Shown: positions 34,899 to 51,114, counted from the stretch's first letter. The stretch: DNA of 64,000 nt from Paraspadella gotoi (GCA_051294375.1 CM119264.1:9298764-9362763), one strand, 5' to 3'. Made by a program: numbers and translations. The notes: generated by a model not told the origin, from the sequence alone.

Positions 34899-37417
34899 GT
34901 AAGTATTTCCATATTACACCCCAACTTTCATTGACGTTCATTCACATTTCTTTTCCTTCTTGGCGTTTGACTTTATTTTCATGATATTTTAATTTAATAT
35001 TTAAATATTTTCGTATGTTGTTGTTCAATGAATATAAATATGATATTAATATGATGAGTGTTGAAATAACTTCTACGGCATGGACGCAAAAATACTGAAG
35101 GGACTTGAAGAGTATTCACAATTTGATGCCTATCTAAAAAAAAAGATTACTAGCTAAATAACAAATATTAAAAATAATTTCTTCAAGGTGGCACGATAAT
35201 TTTTATCTCTTTGAGAGGACTCCGTCTATCGAAAATTCAGTGTAACGATCTTCAGCAGTTAGGAAATTTTCAGTTTTCTCTTTCAAATTCAAATATTTTG
35301 AGTCGGATCTTACAACAGATTAATTATCTGTTTGTGATTTCTTTTTCTACATGTTTGATAGAACTCCAGTGATAGATAGACAGGTTATATAGTACTCCAA
35401 TTAAGTCCATTTAAGATTTGATAGTATCACAAACTGCCGATAAGAAAAAAGTTTGACGAAAAATGCCGATAAAAGGAGACAACAAACGCTGATATCTGTC
35501 ATCGACATGAAAAAGGAACGAAGAAACGAGGATCACAAAAAAGTGCAACAAACACCGAACGAAAAGACAAACAAACAAACAAACAAAAGAGCTTCTTCAC
35601 ACAGAAAAAAAAATGTGTTTTTTTTAAGGCTCTGTGGCTCTCGGAAGAAATCGTTGCTTGCCTGCTCGAGTGATTAAATGCTTGTTCGCCCAAAAAATTG
35701 TTTCAGCGAAGTTGCTTGGTGGACTGAGTCAATCTCGGTTCGAAGCCAACGAGGCGAAAAAGAAGCCACTCATGTTATGATGCTAAAAAATTGCTTATAT
35801 ACACGCGTAACTCTATTTCGATCACGCTCCTATAAAAATATAATATTCTTTTGGAGAATACGTATCTGTAATTATTTGCCAACCCCATTCACTCTCCTCC
35901 GTTTCCGAAACGAAAAAAAAAAATTAAATAATTAATCTAATGTTTATTAAACTCAACAAACCTCTCGCCATTTCATGTAGATACACAAACAAATCATTTT
36001 AACCTCGGTCCTGGTTTTTCGTTTACGTGTTATTCCAATTTTATCGTCGCCAATAAAATGTTTTGCCCCGAACGCTTTTGCCTCCTCTCGCCCGGGGCCC
36101 GCCTCCTCGACGTGCGTTCGCACTCAACCGACGGAAAAAGCTGAAGACGATGGAATCCGGTTTCCGGTTCCGCGACTCGAATTTCTCGGAAATGGAAAGT
36201 GAGGAAGAGTAGGGCTGGGTAGTGTGGCGGAGGGGGTAGGTGGGTTCGAATGCGAAATAATAGGCCCAGTTTGAAAGGGAAAAAAAAGGGTATTGATTGA
36301 ATTTAGCGTTTAAAAAAATGACTAAAAATGTTTTTTTAAAAAAAAAGAGCTAAATCCAGATGACCCATCGGAAAGGGTGAATGCAATGAAGGTGGGAGGT
36401 TCCCGTCTCAGCACAAACAATGAAACGCCCATCTCACTCTCTCTCCTCCCTTCCCGCCATCGAGTCCCGCATCTTGCGTCCCGGTCGTGAAATAACGATC
36501 CGACGCGGAACCCATTTCGACCGGGTGATCTTTTTCCACTGAAAGACGCCGAGCAAAGAGAGTTTAAGGTTTGAATAAATCCTCGGTTCGTTGATTTTGT
36601 TGACGAGGCTTAATATTCACGCCAAACAACAGCAACAACAAAGACGAAAAACGACAAATAGGGCGAATCAACCAACTCACAGGTGTTGTAATTACATAAT
36701 TAAGCTTTGATTTTTTTTCTTCTCTTGATTGTAAAATTTTACGAGTCACATTTGAGAGCTTTTGATTCTAAATTTCATTAGAAGGAAGCCATTTTAGAAA
36801 CTAACGTAGAGGGAGATAGGAGAAACGAAGATCACGAGAGGGGTGGATGGATGACTAAAGGGAGGATCGCCTGACCTCAATTACAACCCCCGCTGCCGCC
36901 GCCGCCGCAGCCATCGCCGCCGCAGCCGCCGTTGCCCCAATCCGGAGGAAATAAATTGGATTTGGAAACGGAGACAACAGATGAACGTCGACTAAACAAT
37001 ACCCGAACGCTGGGGCGAAAGATGAACAATGAAGACGAGAATTTGAATAAAAAAAATGAAAGATAAGAATTCAGGAATGAACTTAAGAAAAAAAGAAAGA
37101 AGAGAATTCCAAATGATTCACCCCTTATAGAGATACTAATTCCTTACTTCACTCACCCTGCGCCCATTCTCTTGGCTATCTTCATTTCATCCTCCCTCCC
37201 AACCTTCGCTTTCCTCGTCCTCTTCTTCCCGCTTCCTCCACCTCTCTCTCTTCTCTCATCTTCTCCATTTTGGAAGAATGGAGAGACGGCGTCTTGTTCG
37301 CCCGACGGTGGAGACGATAGCATCGGCAAAGAATTTAGGAGACATTTCGTCATCCGGGAAGATGGAGCATCCGAAAGCCGAAGAATAAAGGGGGAGATTT
37401 GATATTTGTCTTTTGGG

Positions 37418-37477
<60 letters not shown>

Positions 37478-38615
37478 GATCCAATACATCATCCACAATC
37501 CACTTGTTTTGTCTTGATATTTTCCTTTTTTTTATTGAGACCTTGCTTTCTCTGTTTTATCTCCTCCGATTTTTTTTCTCCGTCTTCCTTTTTTTGTCGT
37601 CTTGAAATCCTCTAAACTACTCGTCCCTTCCCTCGGCTCCATTCTGCGGGGACAAGTTTGCCTTAGTCATTTGTTTCGGGTTTTTGCTCGGGCAATTTTT
37701 CTTTTCGGCTTTCTTTTCTTATCCTTTCTTTTTCTTTTTTTCTTTTCTTTTTTTCTCTCCCAGCAACACCCTCTTGACATTCTCATCGCTCAATCCTCTC
37801 AGATAAACGACGAATCTTCGAAGCTTATTTCTTCTAATCCTCTCATCATTATCCTTTTTATTCCCTTCTTTCTCTCAGCCATGATCCTCCTATCATGGAA
37901 CAATCATTGATTTCCTTTTTCCATGCGCATCTTTTATCTTTAATCCATTCTTTTCTCAGACATACTATTTACCATTCCTCATCTCACCTGCTTGTCGCAA
38001 TCAACGCTGCCGAACCTCACCTCCGTTCAAATACCTCACCCACTAACACACACCCAAGCTGCCGCGACCTCGCGCGGAGATCGAAAACGCGAAAAGGGTC
38101 ATTTGAAGCGAAAGGAATTTTAGTGGCCATTAGTGAAATCGGGTCAACGGAACCGGGACATCGTTGCCTGGTAATTGTGATCGTGACAACCTGATTGCGT
38201 CATTAAGATGTCGTAAGTGTTGTTCGATCATTAGGATTTCATCATTGGCCAGTTGGGAAGGATTTTTTGAGGAAAGGGGTATGGTAGGTATTTAGAATTT
38301 GGGTTTTGGGATTTGTCTTTCGTGTTTTATGATGGTTTAAAATGAGGGCACTGAACTGAACAACCTGGTCTCCCATTCTTACTACCGTTTGCAAACATGC
38401 TCGGCGCTAATATGATTTGGATCGGATTATGAGTAAACAAATTATCTTTTTTTCCTTCTACGATTTTGTCCGAACGAAAATCAAATCAAATAAAAAAATA
38501 AAATTTTTAATGGGATTTAACTTTGAAATTTGAAAAAAAAAAGAAGAAAATTTAAAAGTTAAAATTCTCCCCCCCCCCCAAAAAAAAAGGGGAAAAAAAT
38601 TTAGTAAACGAAAGT

Positions 38616-38720
38616 GGTACAACCAATATAAAAATTATCCATTCATTTAATAAATAAGCTATCTTTCCCCTGACTTTGGACAGGCTTTGGTGATAATTAC
38701 AAGATGATTACATAGCAGCA
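38616..38720 (+). repeat. Short copy of the dispersed repeat seen at 11640-11990, lacking the tRNA-like core
   Basis: ttatccattcatttaataaataagctat is joined directly to ctttcccctgactttggacagg. A third, partial copy lies at 47934-47997. Confidence 0.75.
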
Positions 38721-40856
38721 TGTAATCCTAACGCTATAATTTTTTTTTGTACTGTTCAATTTTAAAAAAAAAATGCCATTTTGCTTTTCAACCAAGTCTT
38801 CTAATAACTTTTTCTTTTGCTTTCTTGTTCGTTTCTAGATTTTTGTTTTTTTCATTTTTATCTCTTTCTCGAGTTATTTTCCTACTAAAATGACGCTTTT
38901 ATTAGTTATTCATGGTAATTATCCTTTCTTTTTTCGTTGTTTGAGAGATTAACAAAGTTTGATTTTATTTTTGCAACGAATTTTATTCTTACAAGAGCAG
39001 ACATGTTTCGGCTCACAGTACGAGCCTTCATCAGCGCATATGAGTTCGTCAAATGTCGTTCGTCGGAATGAAATGACCGACCGACCATGAGCAGTTTAAG
39101 AGAAAAACTCGTCGCCGCTCGTGAAAAGAATCAACCGAGCGAATGGAACCTCGATGAAGAGAGACCAGAGAAAGTGTTGTGAGGTGCTGGGGGGGGGGAC
39201 GGGCGAGTGGGTGGGAGCGGTGAGTTTTCGCTGCAGGTGGCGCAGCTGGCGCTGCTTCGAGGAATGTCGCCGCGGGAGAACATTCGCTTACCCTTCGCGT
39301 CGCAAGTTGAGGCAGTTCCGTGGGACTTACCCACACCGAGTTAAAATCGTGCGCCCGTGAAGGTCGGAAAGGAAAAGGTAGGGAATGGGAAGAAGAGTGG
39401 AGTGAAAATTGAGAATCGGTGAAAGGAGGATGAGGAAGGAGGATGTGAATAGAATCGCAAGTAAAATGAGGGTGAAAGGTAAAACGGAGCGGTGAAACTG
39501 CCTGGGTCTTGAGGTCACGAATCCGAGCCGGATGAAGAATGGGATCGTTTTGGCAAGGTTGGAAGGGGGAAGGAAGAGTTTGAAGGAAGATGGAGAGAAG
39601 ATGTAATGGTTTACGAACGGAGTTTAAAGGATTGAAAACATTTGAAAAGTAAACGACTGAAAAATTTGGAACTGGGAAGGGGGATCTCATTGTGGGCTTT
39701 TAGGGCTTCCGACACTCAGTGACTTCTCCAGTTACTGGCGCGGTTACCTCCGGATGGTCTCGCTTTGCAACCGCAAGGAGAACTCGAGAGAACTGTGAAT
39801 GGAACACAACGCCAGGGATGGTGTGTTCTCACTCTGAGTCAATGGGGTTGGCTGAAAAAGGATGGACGTGAGGCGGTGTGAATATACCGCCACAAGGGTA
39901 AGGTTAATAAAATTAAAGAAATAAAACTAACCCCTTAACGAAAGGCCAAGTTTTAATGAGCTACAGGCAATAGGATGGAAAAAGATTTGCTGTGGATAGA
40001 AAAAGGGAGGAAAAAGAAAATGACTTATGAATAAAAAAAACAATAAGAAAAGCGACGCATTTGAGAAAGATTAGGAGGAATTGAGAAAGAGGAGGACGGA
40101 GAGAAGAGATAAAGAAGATAAGCAAAAAAAAAAAGGATATGAGGAGATTAATGCTAGAAAAGGGAAGAAGGAAAGAGAGAGAAGGAAAGAAGAGGAGGAA
40201 AATTGCGAGGGAAGAGGAGGAGAAAAAGCGGAACCCCGGGAAAAAGAAACAGATTAGAAAAATAACTCGGCTAATGATTGGGGTTTTCAGCTCCTTTCTT
40301 TCCTCGCTCCCACACAGAGTCGGTCCATTTCTTGCGAGGTTTTTTTTTTTTTTTTGGTTTGGTTTCGTATTCACTATTCAGTGTACTATGTTGTTGTCTA
40401 TGTTGCTGGTTTTGACGAAACTCGATTAGTGAATCGAACGGTTTTTCTTTTCTTTTTTTTTCTCCATTACCTTTTTATGGATTTTCACCATTTCCTATTC
40501 ACTGAATAGTACAGAATCGTACAGTAAGGCGAGTAATATAGAGTCCCCCACCAAAAAAAACAGAGACGAGGCAAGAAAGTAATTCTAATCTAGGCAACAG
40601 GCGTGAATAGAAAAACGCCAAGTTTGCGCATCGGTTGTGACCTATCTTATCACCTCTGCGTCTTTGTACTCGTCTCATTGCAAGAGGACTTCAGACAGTT
40701 TGGGTTTTAATCTAGATTTTAGGCTTTGGTTAAATTTTAGATTTTAAATTCTATTCCCTTTTCGTGGTTCGAGGCTTCTTAATTAGTGGTTCTCGATCAA
40801 TCCTCAAATGCTTTAATTACGTATCTTTTTCTGTTTCTTTTTAGCTTTCACGAGCG

Positions 40857-40946
<90 letters not shown>

Positions 40947-41742
40947 GAGAGAGAGAGAGAAGACTTCCATGCTGATGACGCTGAAAGAACGAGAATTAGG
41001 AACCAGGCATATGTTCTCGAAATCGTTCCTAGGCGACTTGTTATTTCCAAAAATAATGAAAAAGCGCGAAGACGCAAAACTATGTTTTTTTTTTCATAAT
41101 TTCCATTTCCTCTTTCCCTCAGAACCCTCATCTTCTTTAAAAACTAACTCCCACGTGCTACCGCCAACTCCCCAGCCCACCTCCCCCCCCAAAAAAAACA
41201 ACTCCAAAAAGATTAACTGCAAATTACATTAAGTCAGAGATTTGTCAGGCGGTAAGAGAGATAAAACGAATGGACTTGACAGGAATAATTACGGAGAATG
41301 AGGATCGATTGTATTTTTGTTCCTATCTATTCTTTTCGTTTATCGGTGGCTCTTAGCAACAGGACGGTCGCTTTATGAAGCATGGAACCCAGAAAAAAGA
41401 GCAATACATATTGAGTCAAAAAATTTAATCAAAAGATATCAATGAGATAATTGCCAATATCTATATATTTTTTTTACTACATGGTATTAAGTATTGAGTA
41501 TACTGTCGCCAACTGAATTTAAAACAAACAAATAGTAGTTTCAATTCAAGGTCGATATTAAAGACATAAAGTAAAAATTTCACTAAATAGTTGAATAATT
41601 CATTATTTCTTTTGTTCAATGACTCGGATCCTTTTTCCCAAAGGCGACGTAGAACCAGATCACAGCTCCGCCTCATAAATCTCGTCCACGCCCTCGTGAG
41701 AGTCGCTTTCCTTCCGGTTATTCAAATCCGGGGATTTATACA

Positions 41743-41786
<44 letters not shown>

Positions 41787-43401
41787 GAGTGTCTCTTTCT
41801 CTATCTATATAGCTTACTTTGTTGTATTCTTACGCCCCGTCACAAAGGCGACTTCGTCTGTAAGGTTTGACGTTTCTTATCTTCTGTCTTTTTTGTCATC
41901 TTCGTCATTTTCTTTTGTGAATAGTTTAGCTCCTACTTTGAATACTTTCTGTCACGAGCGTTGACATCTCGTAGTGAAATTGCTTCTCTTTATTGGCGCT
42001 TAACTTTAACTGTTTTAACAAGTTCTCTTAAGCATGCACAAAAGTATCAGATTTTTTTAGTTCTTGCTTTTATCTTTTTTTAATCTATTGTTTTGTTTAA
42101 ATCAACGAATAAGGTTAATCCTGGCACGAGCCTCGAGCAATCGAATAAATCGAAATTAAACGCGGCTAATATTTTCCTTTTAATCCAAAACAGGCTTAAA
42201 AATTTATTGAATAGAAAAAAGGAAAAAAAAACTCAGCAAACGAATCCGATGAAAGAATTAGCTATGCTGAAAATGGGAAAAGCAGACGAGTCCATTTCAA
42301 ATGGCACTCGTGAAAGCTCGTTATTATCTTCCGTTCTTTCTTTATTCCTTTTATTTTTCTTCTCTTCTATTTTTCTTTCTTTCTTCTCACTCTGAAACGC
42401 CTCCAAGCGCGTTCATCTTATACGACACAATCTCACGCGTAAAAATTACCACACGTCACAAAAAAGGGGAAATATAGTAAAACAATGTTTTTTTTATATT
42501 TCTTTTACGACGAAGATCTCTCCCGGATGTAACTATGTTAGGAATAACCGTCGACTTTCGCCAACACATGATTCCTCTCACGGTGAATATTTAAAATGTG
42601 GGTCTTCCTCGGAAGAGGAAACACCTCACGATTTACCTCGACCCAGTCGGTGAAAAGCGTCGGAACGTGAAACTGTGAAAGTGAGGACTGTCACTTCCAA
42701 TTTATTGACTGTCTCACCTGAGAAGTGGAAACTGGGGCAAAATCCTTCGGCTTCTATTTGATGTTTTACCAGAAAAACGAGGTTGATTTCATTGATTATC
42801 AACTTTGATTAGTTTTAAAATTGTTTTAAAAAATGTTTTGATATAAGTTTTCTTTGTCTTTCTAATTAATAAACCGAGCTGCCATTAAGAAATCGATCAA
42901 TAAGCCAAAAAAGAAGAAGTTTCCTAATATTTGAAATGTGAAAACGCATTGTTACAAAACATGGATGGATCGCGAAATTTCTTTTATCATAAGTAAACAA
43001 AGAATAAAAAAAAAAAACTTGTTTTCTTGATTTACGGATATTGCCAAAGCCGCTAGTCGGTCTCGTCGTTTGTTTGTTATCTTGTTTTTCTTTATTGGCT
43101 TCGTTTTTTTTCCTTTTGGAAGAAGCAATAAAGAGGAGAAGCAAGGTTCCGATGGGAGCGATTCCAAGCCAGCCTAAGCCAACGCCGCCGCCGCCGCCTT
43201 CGCCAACTCCGCCGCCGCTGCCGTAACCTTCGTCGCGGCATTCGCTCCTCTCTCTCTCAAAATCCTTTTCGCTCTTTATTGTTCTGTGTTAAAATAACTT
43301 TTTCGCAGGTTACAGGTTACTATCTGGAACAATAAAAAGACTAAAATTGTCAGTACTCTTATAAAAATCAAACGAGAGAGGAAAGAGAGAGAGAGAGATG
43401 A

Positions 43402-43437
<36 letters not shown>

Positions 43438-44641
43438 CAAATGAATGGACGGAAAAAGTCGACTTTGCCGAGAGTTGTTCGTTCACGCTTTGTTTAAGAG
43501 TGAATTTTATTATTATCTTTATTCTTGTTTATTTTGGTTCATCACTTTCTAACGATTATTTTTATATTCCTTAAGATAAACTTTTCATCGAACATTTTTC
43601 GTCATCTAATTGTGTCAACCGACGGAGGAAAAAGCCTTTCAACTCGGAGCCAAAAAAGTATGAGATCGCCAATCCCCATTACCGCCATTTTTTTTCCTTC
43701 GAAGCGTTTATCTTCGTTTTAGTCACAGGCTTTCGGCTCACAACTCGTTTATTTTTACAAATCCCACCAAAGCTGCAAATTTTTTCACGTCATTGGAAAA
43801 CCAAGCGGCGAACGACGACGACGACAAATAAAAACAACCCCGAATTAAATAGAGAGTCCTTTAGGATAACATTCGTAGCGAGATTCATATTTTTGTTTAT
43901 GATTTGTGTTTTCCCACGACTGAATCCGAGAGACGTCGCTGCTCACTCAACGCTCGACTTTCTCGTGACTGTCTCTTGCTATAAATCAAATCCCCCGATG
44001 TCGACGTTTACTACAGTTCCTAAACATTTACTAATTAGTTTTTCGTGTCCTTATTTTTTTTTATCTTAGGTGCAATATTCGCCCAAATTACTCGACGCGC
44101 ATCTCAGGTCTTATTACTACAAAGTAATAACGTAGAATCAATTAATGAAACTGTGACAAAAAATAGAAATTTTCAAACGGTAAACGATATTAATAACAAC
44201 AAAGAGATTAGCTTCTGATAAAAATCGGTTACTTTAGTTTCAAGACCGCCTGAACTTCCTAAAAATATTTCACTCTTTTTCTGAAAGAACGCTTTCGCAT
44301 CGCATCAAATCCAGAAATCCCCTTTTTACTCTTTCACAAGCGAATAACGCGTTCAACTAATAGAATTTCACTTATCGCTTCCCCTTCGCGACTGGAGACA
44401 TTTTCTTTTCCTCTCAGAATGTATTCGACTCTTCTTCTTTCGAATCACTTATTTCTTTCACTCTTTCACTCTTTCACTCTTTGACTCGCCATAAAATCTC
44501 GTCGCTTGCTTCCCGGTTCCCAAGGCGACGACAGAGCGCGCGCCTCTCCCGCCTCATCGACTTCACGTCTCTCGATCGCGCGTGAGAAATCACGTAACGA
44601 ATTCAGTTTGGAGATGGAATGAGGGTGGAAGGGGTTGATGG

Positions 44642-44708
<67 letters not shown>

Positions 44709-45660
44709 CGGAACGGGAAGAATAGAAGAACGTGGAAGAACGTAAAAGTCATAAGCTTCCCATCTTTATTATCGTGAGCAGAATTGTTTTTTGTTTGATT
44801 AGAAAAGATGTTAGCAAGTGCGCTTAAATTAAATTCAAGAAATATTCTCAGACTAAGTTACCACAAAATATAATATTTCAGAAAGGTATTTTCTTCTTAA
44901 ACCTCATCGTTTTTCTTCGTTTAAAATACTAGTACTTTTCTGCCCTGTGAAACTTACAAGAAAAGTAAATAGTCTCTTGAAGAGAATTAAAATAAGCCGT
45001 AGCTTTCAAACTCCGTGTATCGACTGAATATCCCGTAATTCAATTGCAAACATTTGATTTATTCCCTCTCCACTTTTGCAATTGAAATCATCGTTTAATT
45101 GATTTCCGACGACCTCATTTCAAAGCCAAACGACTCGCTCGGTTGTCTTCCTTGACAGAAGCTGCCGAGAGAATCTTTTCCATTTCTCCTTCGCTACTTT
45201 TCTTCTCTCATCTCCAGTCTTCCGATTCTTCTTACTTCGGAGAACCGCCTTCACGGTTCACTGTGTGTCAACTAAGTATTGTTGAAAATTTAGTTTTCAT
45301 TTTATTTAATACTTTTAAAAAAACTTATTGAAATTACAAAATAATATCAAAATTGTAAAAGCGGTGAATACAAAATTATACAAATATTCGCTAAAAAAAT
45401 ACATTACTACAATTATCAAAATATCTTTTATATTACATTTCTGCGAAGAACCATTCGTTCGAGATCGGCCACTTTTTTTTTCTTCATCAACACTGTAGGC
45501 TGAGACAAAGAAGTCATTCACCCGACTTGTCAGCCACACATATTGATTGGTTGATACTTTTACAAGTTAACATAATCTTTTTTCTGCGTCAAAACAGAAA
45601 AATCGTTCGCAACTTACGTAATCTAACTAGAAATATTTGAATTTCATGAAAGTATTATTT

Positions 45661-45768
<108 letters not shown>

Positions 45769-47788
45769 CTAAGAAATCCTTTTGACGTGCCCACTGGCCA
45801 TCTTCCGCGAGATTTTCCGATAACCCAAAGGCCAGAAAGAAATATTTTTTCAGCAATTGGATCAAATTGGATCAAAAGAAACATATCGTTTTCTCTTCAT
45901 GGGGTACAAGAACAACGGCGAATTCGACTGGCATTTCGCGACGAGGACAACGAGCGAGAGAACAACCGCCTCCAATTAAGATGGCTCTCGATTCTCGAGC
46001 AGCGTTTAATCCCCAGGATCGGCGATGATCTGCGGGAAAGTAGGACGCCTGGACGCCCGATCGGAGCGCGCGTTGGCGGGCGCGGCGAGGAAGGGGGGAG
46101 GATGTGGAAGAGAGAGCCAGCGACGGCGGAAGTCGTTAAGCGACGAAAGGAAACTCGTTTTTTCTTCGTTTCGTCGCGAATTCGCAAAAAGAAAGGAAAA
46201 AAGTAAAAGAAAGGAAAATAAAAAGAAAAGACAAGAAAGAACGTCGATGTATTGGGTTTAAAGGATTGTCTGACTAAAAGAAAGCTCCGCTTGCAGATGT
46301 CGCCTTGGTTAGAATAGAAAGCAACGGAGAAAAAATAATTATCGGTTACCAACTACAATTATTAGTTATTTACCATTTGGCGGGAAAGCGGCGTCGGATT
46401 AGCAAGTATTGTTTATGCTGTCGCACTGCCACTGCGTCAGGTGCTGCGATGTTAAGAATTAAAAGGGATAAACGTTAAAGGGTAACGTTTTGGGGTTAAA
46501 GCGAGGGTTTAAATGGATTATTGCCTTAAAGTTATTACATATTTATCGGTTTCAAGTAAAGGTTAAAATTTGAAGAAATCTCAACCTTAACGTTCTTGAG
46601 CCTTGAAGCTCGTCTCCACAGGAGTGAGGAGTAAGGCTATATTTCTCTTTCAACGACGAAATTTTCAATCTTTCCATAACAACTGCCATCCACCTGTAAT
46701 TTTCATTGCTGGTAAATGTTTAACCCATAGCGGCCTTAGTTTTTTGCTGTTATTTTAGCTTCCGTTCTTTACAATTGGGAACTTGTGTCCGCCGTAGAAT
46801 GGGTCGACAGGGCGCGTCCGGGAAACCCTAAGATTGAAAACCGATGACGCTACCTCGTATGTGGAAGTTTGGACCGATTGAAAGGCATAATATTGTAAAT
46901 TGTTATTATTTTTTCCCCCGTTACGGTTTTGTCATAAAATATTTTTTAGTTTTGTTTTCCGACTATGTTTTGGATCCCGACGCGATAGTTTTTTCGTTCC
47001 TTTCGGCGTGATTTCGAAAAAGGAAATTCCTTTTTTTACTGATTTTTTTTCCGCCATTTCCTTTTATTCTCCTTTTTTTTTCGGTACATTCCCGTCTTAT
47101 TTGGCATCAGGTTTTTCCCCTTCTTCTCTCCCAAGTTTTGAGGCAGACGCCAATGAAAGATTCACAACCTCCATCGTCGCTGCGACGGCGAAACGGCGTT
47201 TCAGCGCCGCGTACACCTGTTTCCCCGCCGAGGGATACAAAGGAATGTGAGAACGGGTGGCGGTGTGACAACTAGGGGTGTTGGTAAGTTGGTGTTAAAG
47301 GGAGAAAAAGTTGCAGTGGGTCGGTTGCATTAAAAAAAAAGGTTCGATGATGAAAGGTGGGACGAAAGAAAGACTTTATGATCCTCGGGCTATAAAAATG
47401 TCTTATAATTCAATTAAAGCAATGAAATGAATGAAGCGTCATGATGGCGCGATGAGACACTTTTGAAATAAAAAATTGAAACAGAAAAAATATCTGGTGG
47501 TTATATTCACCATAGACTTATCTTTGATGCTTGGAAAACTTAAATCCAGTAAAAGTAAAACAATATTTTATCTATATTTATAAATAAAACGAAATGAATT
47601 TGAATTTTTACCTCCGCATTGTTTACAGGCGAGAAATATTTGAGAAATCTGACTTCTTCTGCCAATCCTCGACCTAAGTTTATTGCCTGCACGTCAGGCC
47701 AGATATTGTTTCTCCAATTCTCACCACCCGCGGCTTCATTTTCATCATTGCCACTTCACACTTCACATCTCGAGTCAGGGAGAAATAC

Positions 47789-47887
<99 letters not shown>

Positions 47888-48364
47888 CTCCACGCCTTTC
47901 TATTTTCTTGACTCTCCTTCTTTTAAAGACTACTGGTATGAAATTGGTACAACCAATATAATAATTATCCATTCATTTAATAAATAAACTATCTTGCCAG
48001 TTTATAATAATTTTATAACAAATATCCCAACGCCCATCCTCTCCCTTCAAGACCACACCCTCCACGACGCTCCACATCTCCCTCCACTCCCCTCCAACCT
48101 CCTTAGACAACCTGACGTTGTTCTCACTCAGCCACCCGCGGAGCAAAACCTTATTTATGCCGTTTTTATGTCTTCGTCCATCGAGGGTCTCGAGCGGCTT
48201 TCTCCCTTTCCTTTATTATTCTCCTCCTTCTTTCTCTCCCATCATCTCGTCTTTATCCCCTTATCTCCTCCTGTTTAACCTTCCCTTTCTTTCCTTTACT
48301 CGTTCCTTACCATTTTCTTTTTTCTTTCCTCGTTTTAAATATTTTTTTTCTAAAGATGTTTTCC

Positions 48365-48367
48365 CTC

Positions 48368-48412
<45 letters not shown>

Positions 48413-49470
48413 TCTCTCTCTCTAGTTCTAATCTCTCTTCAGTTTTCTTTTTACAGCGACTAAAGGAAAAAAAAATGATAAAAAATATTAATTCAGCTTA
48501 GAGTTTTAGTCCGTTCCTCTTGTTCGTGTTTTATCCTTCAACGACTCCTTGTAAAGTAGTATCTTTCCAACCCTGATATGTTCTTATTTTCTTTTTTTAT
48601 TTTTTTTTCTTATGAATACCGAGTCTCCTTCCTCTCTTTCCCCCCTTTCTCCCTTTCACCACTCGCTGGGGAATAGAGGATGGGTATTTTTCGGTTTTTG
48701 TCAACAGGATTATGACATGTTCAGAATTTCCTGTCAGAATTTCCCGCCAGATTCCAACGTCGGATCAAGTGTCTCAATTCTCGCCTCGTGACAACTGCGC
48801 ATGCGTACTGAGCTAGCTCAATTCTTCTTATCTATTAAACCTGAACTAAGTAAAGTATTACTTACTGTAAAACTTACGCCGCCTTCGGGAATCCTAAAAC
48901 TATCAAGAATAAAGACGAGAAAAAGGGCTAAAAAAGTTATTGTAGTCATGTAGTCATGTCATATCATGTCATGTCATGTCTCTGTTCATATACTTGTTTT
49001 TTATTTATTTTTCATCGCCGTCCATTTAATCTCACGTTTTTTTTTATGTGTCTAAAATAAATATCGTTCAAAACTACTAATATATTCGTATTTTTCTAAT
49101 AAATTTCACACACAACGAAAAGAAAGAAACGGTGAAATGAGACTTTTAAATTTTTCGCTTTTAGAATTTTTTTGTAAAAATATTTTGTTTTTCATTCTTC
49201 GTTACCTAAATTTTTTTTCTCTTCCATTCCCTACATTTTTCTTTGATTTTTTTTTCTCGAAACAATAGAAACCAAGAAGCGAAAAAACAACAAAGGAGAC
49301 ATTAAAGAAACAAAGTCCGAAAACAATGACGACAGAAAAAAATGGATGCGATAAACATAAACATTAAATGAAACGACATCCGTCGTCTTCTTTTTTGTTC
49401 GCCATTTTGAATCGACAAAGAACGAGGCAGGGAAGAAGAATATCTGTTTCTTAGACTTCTTAGATCTCCG

Positions 49471-49547
<77 letters not shown>

Positions 49548-49799
49548 GCTATCGTGACCAGAAATGACACGAATCCTATCATTTCTTTGAAATCTTGTTT
49601 TTCTCTTCTCACTTCTCACTCTTTTCCAATATTCTTTTACGGTACTTCAGGTTTTTAGCAGTGAAAAAGTTTTTTTTAATATGTTACTTATTATTTTCCA
49701 TTTTGTATCTTTTCAAATGAAGAATGGCAAACGCGAAGAAATATTGACAGAAGGAGAAATAAAGCTGCACTCTTGAGTCTTGACGGATAAATTTAATAA

Positions 49800-49870
<71 letters not shown>

Positions 49871-51019
49871 AACACTCTATAGGAAATCAGGTTTCCGAAA
49901 CCTGATATCATTTTTTAAGAGTGATAACTGAAACCTTACTATGAACTTAAATTTTTGTGTGTGGGTTGAGAAGCATGTGATTAAGCTGGAAATTAAGTTT
50001 CGATGGAATCGTCGCAGTGGAATAGTAGTAACAAATTAGCTTAAAATTTATTTGGTTTTTTCCTTTTATACAAAATTTAAATGCATGTTGCAACAACAAA
50101 TACTACAATTATAACAATCACTAAACCCATGACTACCACAAAAAACTACTACAACTCCCATAACCACCATAAACCATTCCCTTCAGAATTAAAATAACTA
50201 AAACACAAGAAAAACAAAATTATATATGCGGAAGAATTTAAGGAATGAATTTCAAGATTAGTGATAACTTATTATCTGATTCCTTCTGCTTGCCGCTAAA
50301 TTGTCGTTTGGAGATTCCGGCCTGTTGCCTAAAACTTGTTATCTTTTAATCCTAAGTTATTCAATGGAGAAAAATATTCATAATATTTAAAAGATAAAAG
50401 AAGATCACTAAAAGCTGCGGACGACAGAAAGGACGAAGAAGACGACGACGACGACGACACGACGACGACGACGACGACGACAAGATGACGTCAACGCCAT
50501 TTAAACGGTTATGACATTCGCCCATCTTTCTCAATCGTCCTTCCCTTTAAATGATTCGGCTGCCTTCGCCCATTGAAAGCCCATCCCGTCTGTATTTCTG
50601 TTTTCATCCCTAGAGATGGCGTTGGATTGAGAAGGACGCCGCGAGGTTCCCTTAAACTCAAGAGGGTTGAGGGGGGGGGCGCGGTTTGATTCTCTGGATT
50701 CCTGGTGAGAATCCACTGAGGCTACGGTGCATTTGATGCGCAGCGAAGAATTACTTATAATGTCATATTTGTGTCACATTAAACTTAAGTTCGAAATTGG
50801 AAGAGACGAGTTAAACTCTCAAGATTAAAAAAATATTTGACGTTAGCGAATTGTTCTGTTAGAATTTGATGAGGTGAAAACGACGACTGGTTCCATCATC
50901 AATAAATCGTATTCCAACTAAACTTTAAAGCTATTAACTTTGAAGAGAGAAGCAAATAAAACAAAAAACAAAAACAGGCTCAGGACACAGTATTGAGAAA
51001 GAGAGAGAGAGAGAGAGGG

Positions 51020-51114
<95 letters not shown>

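Noticed and set aside
36090-40720. Candidate downstream exons of the GFR-like gene (~36100, 37280, 38995, 39237, 39705, 40600)
   Set aside because: Splice-like signals are present, but I could not build a consistent frame or a recognisable GPI/TM terminus.
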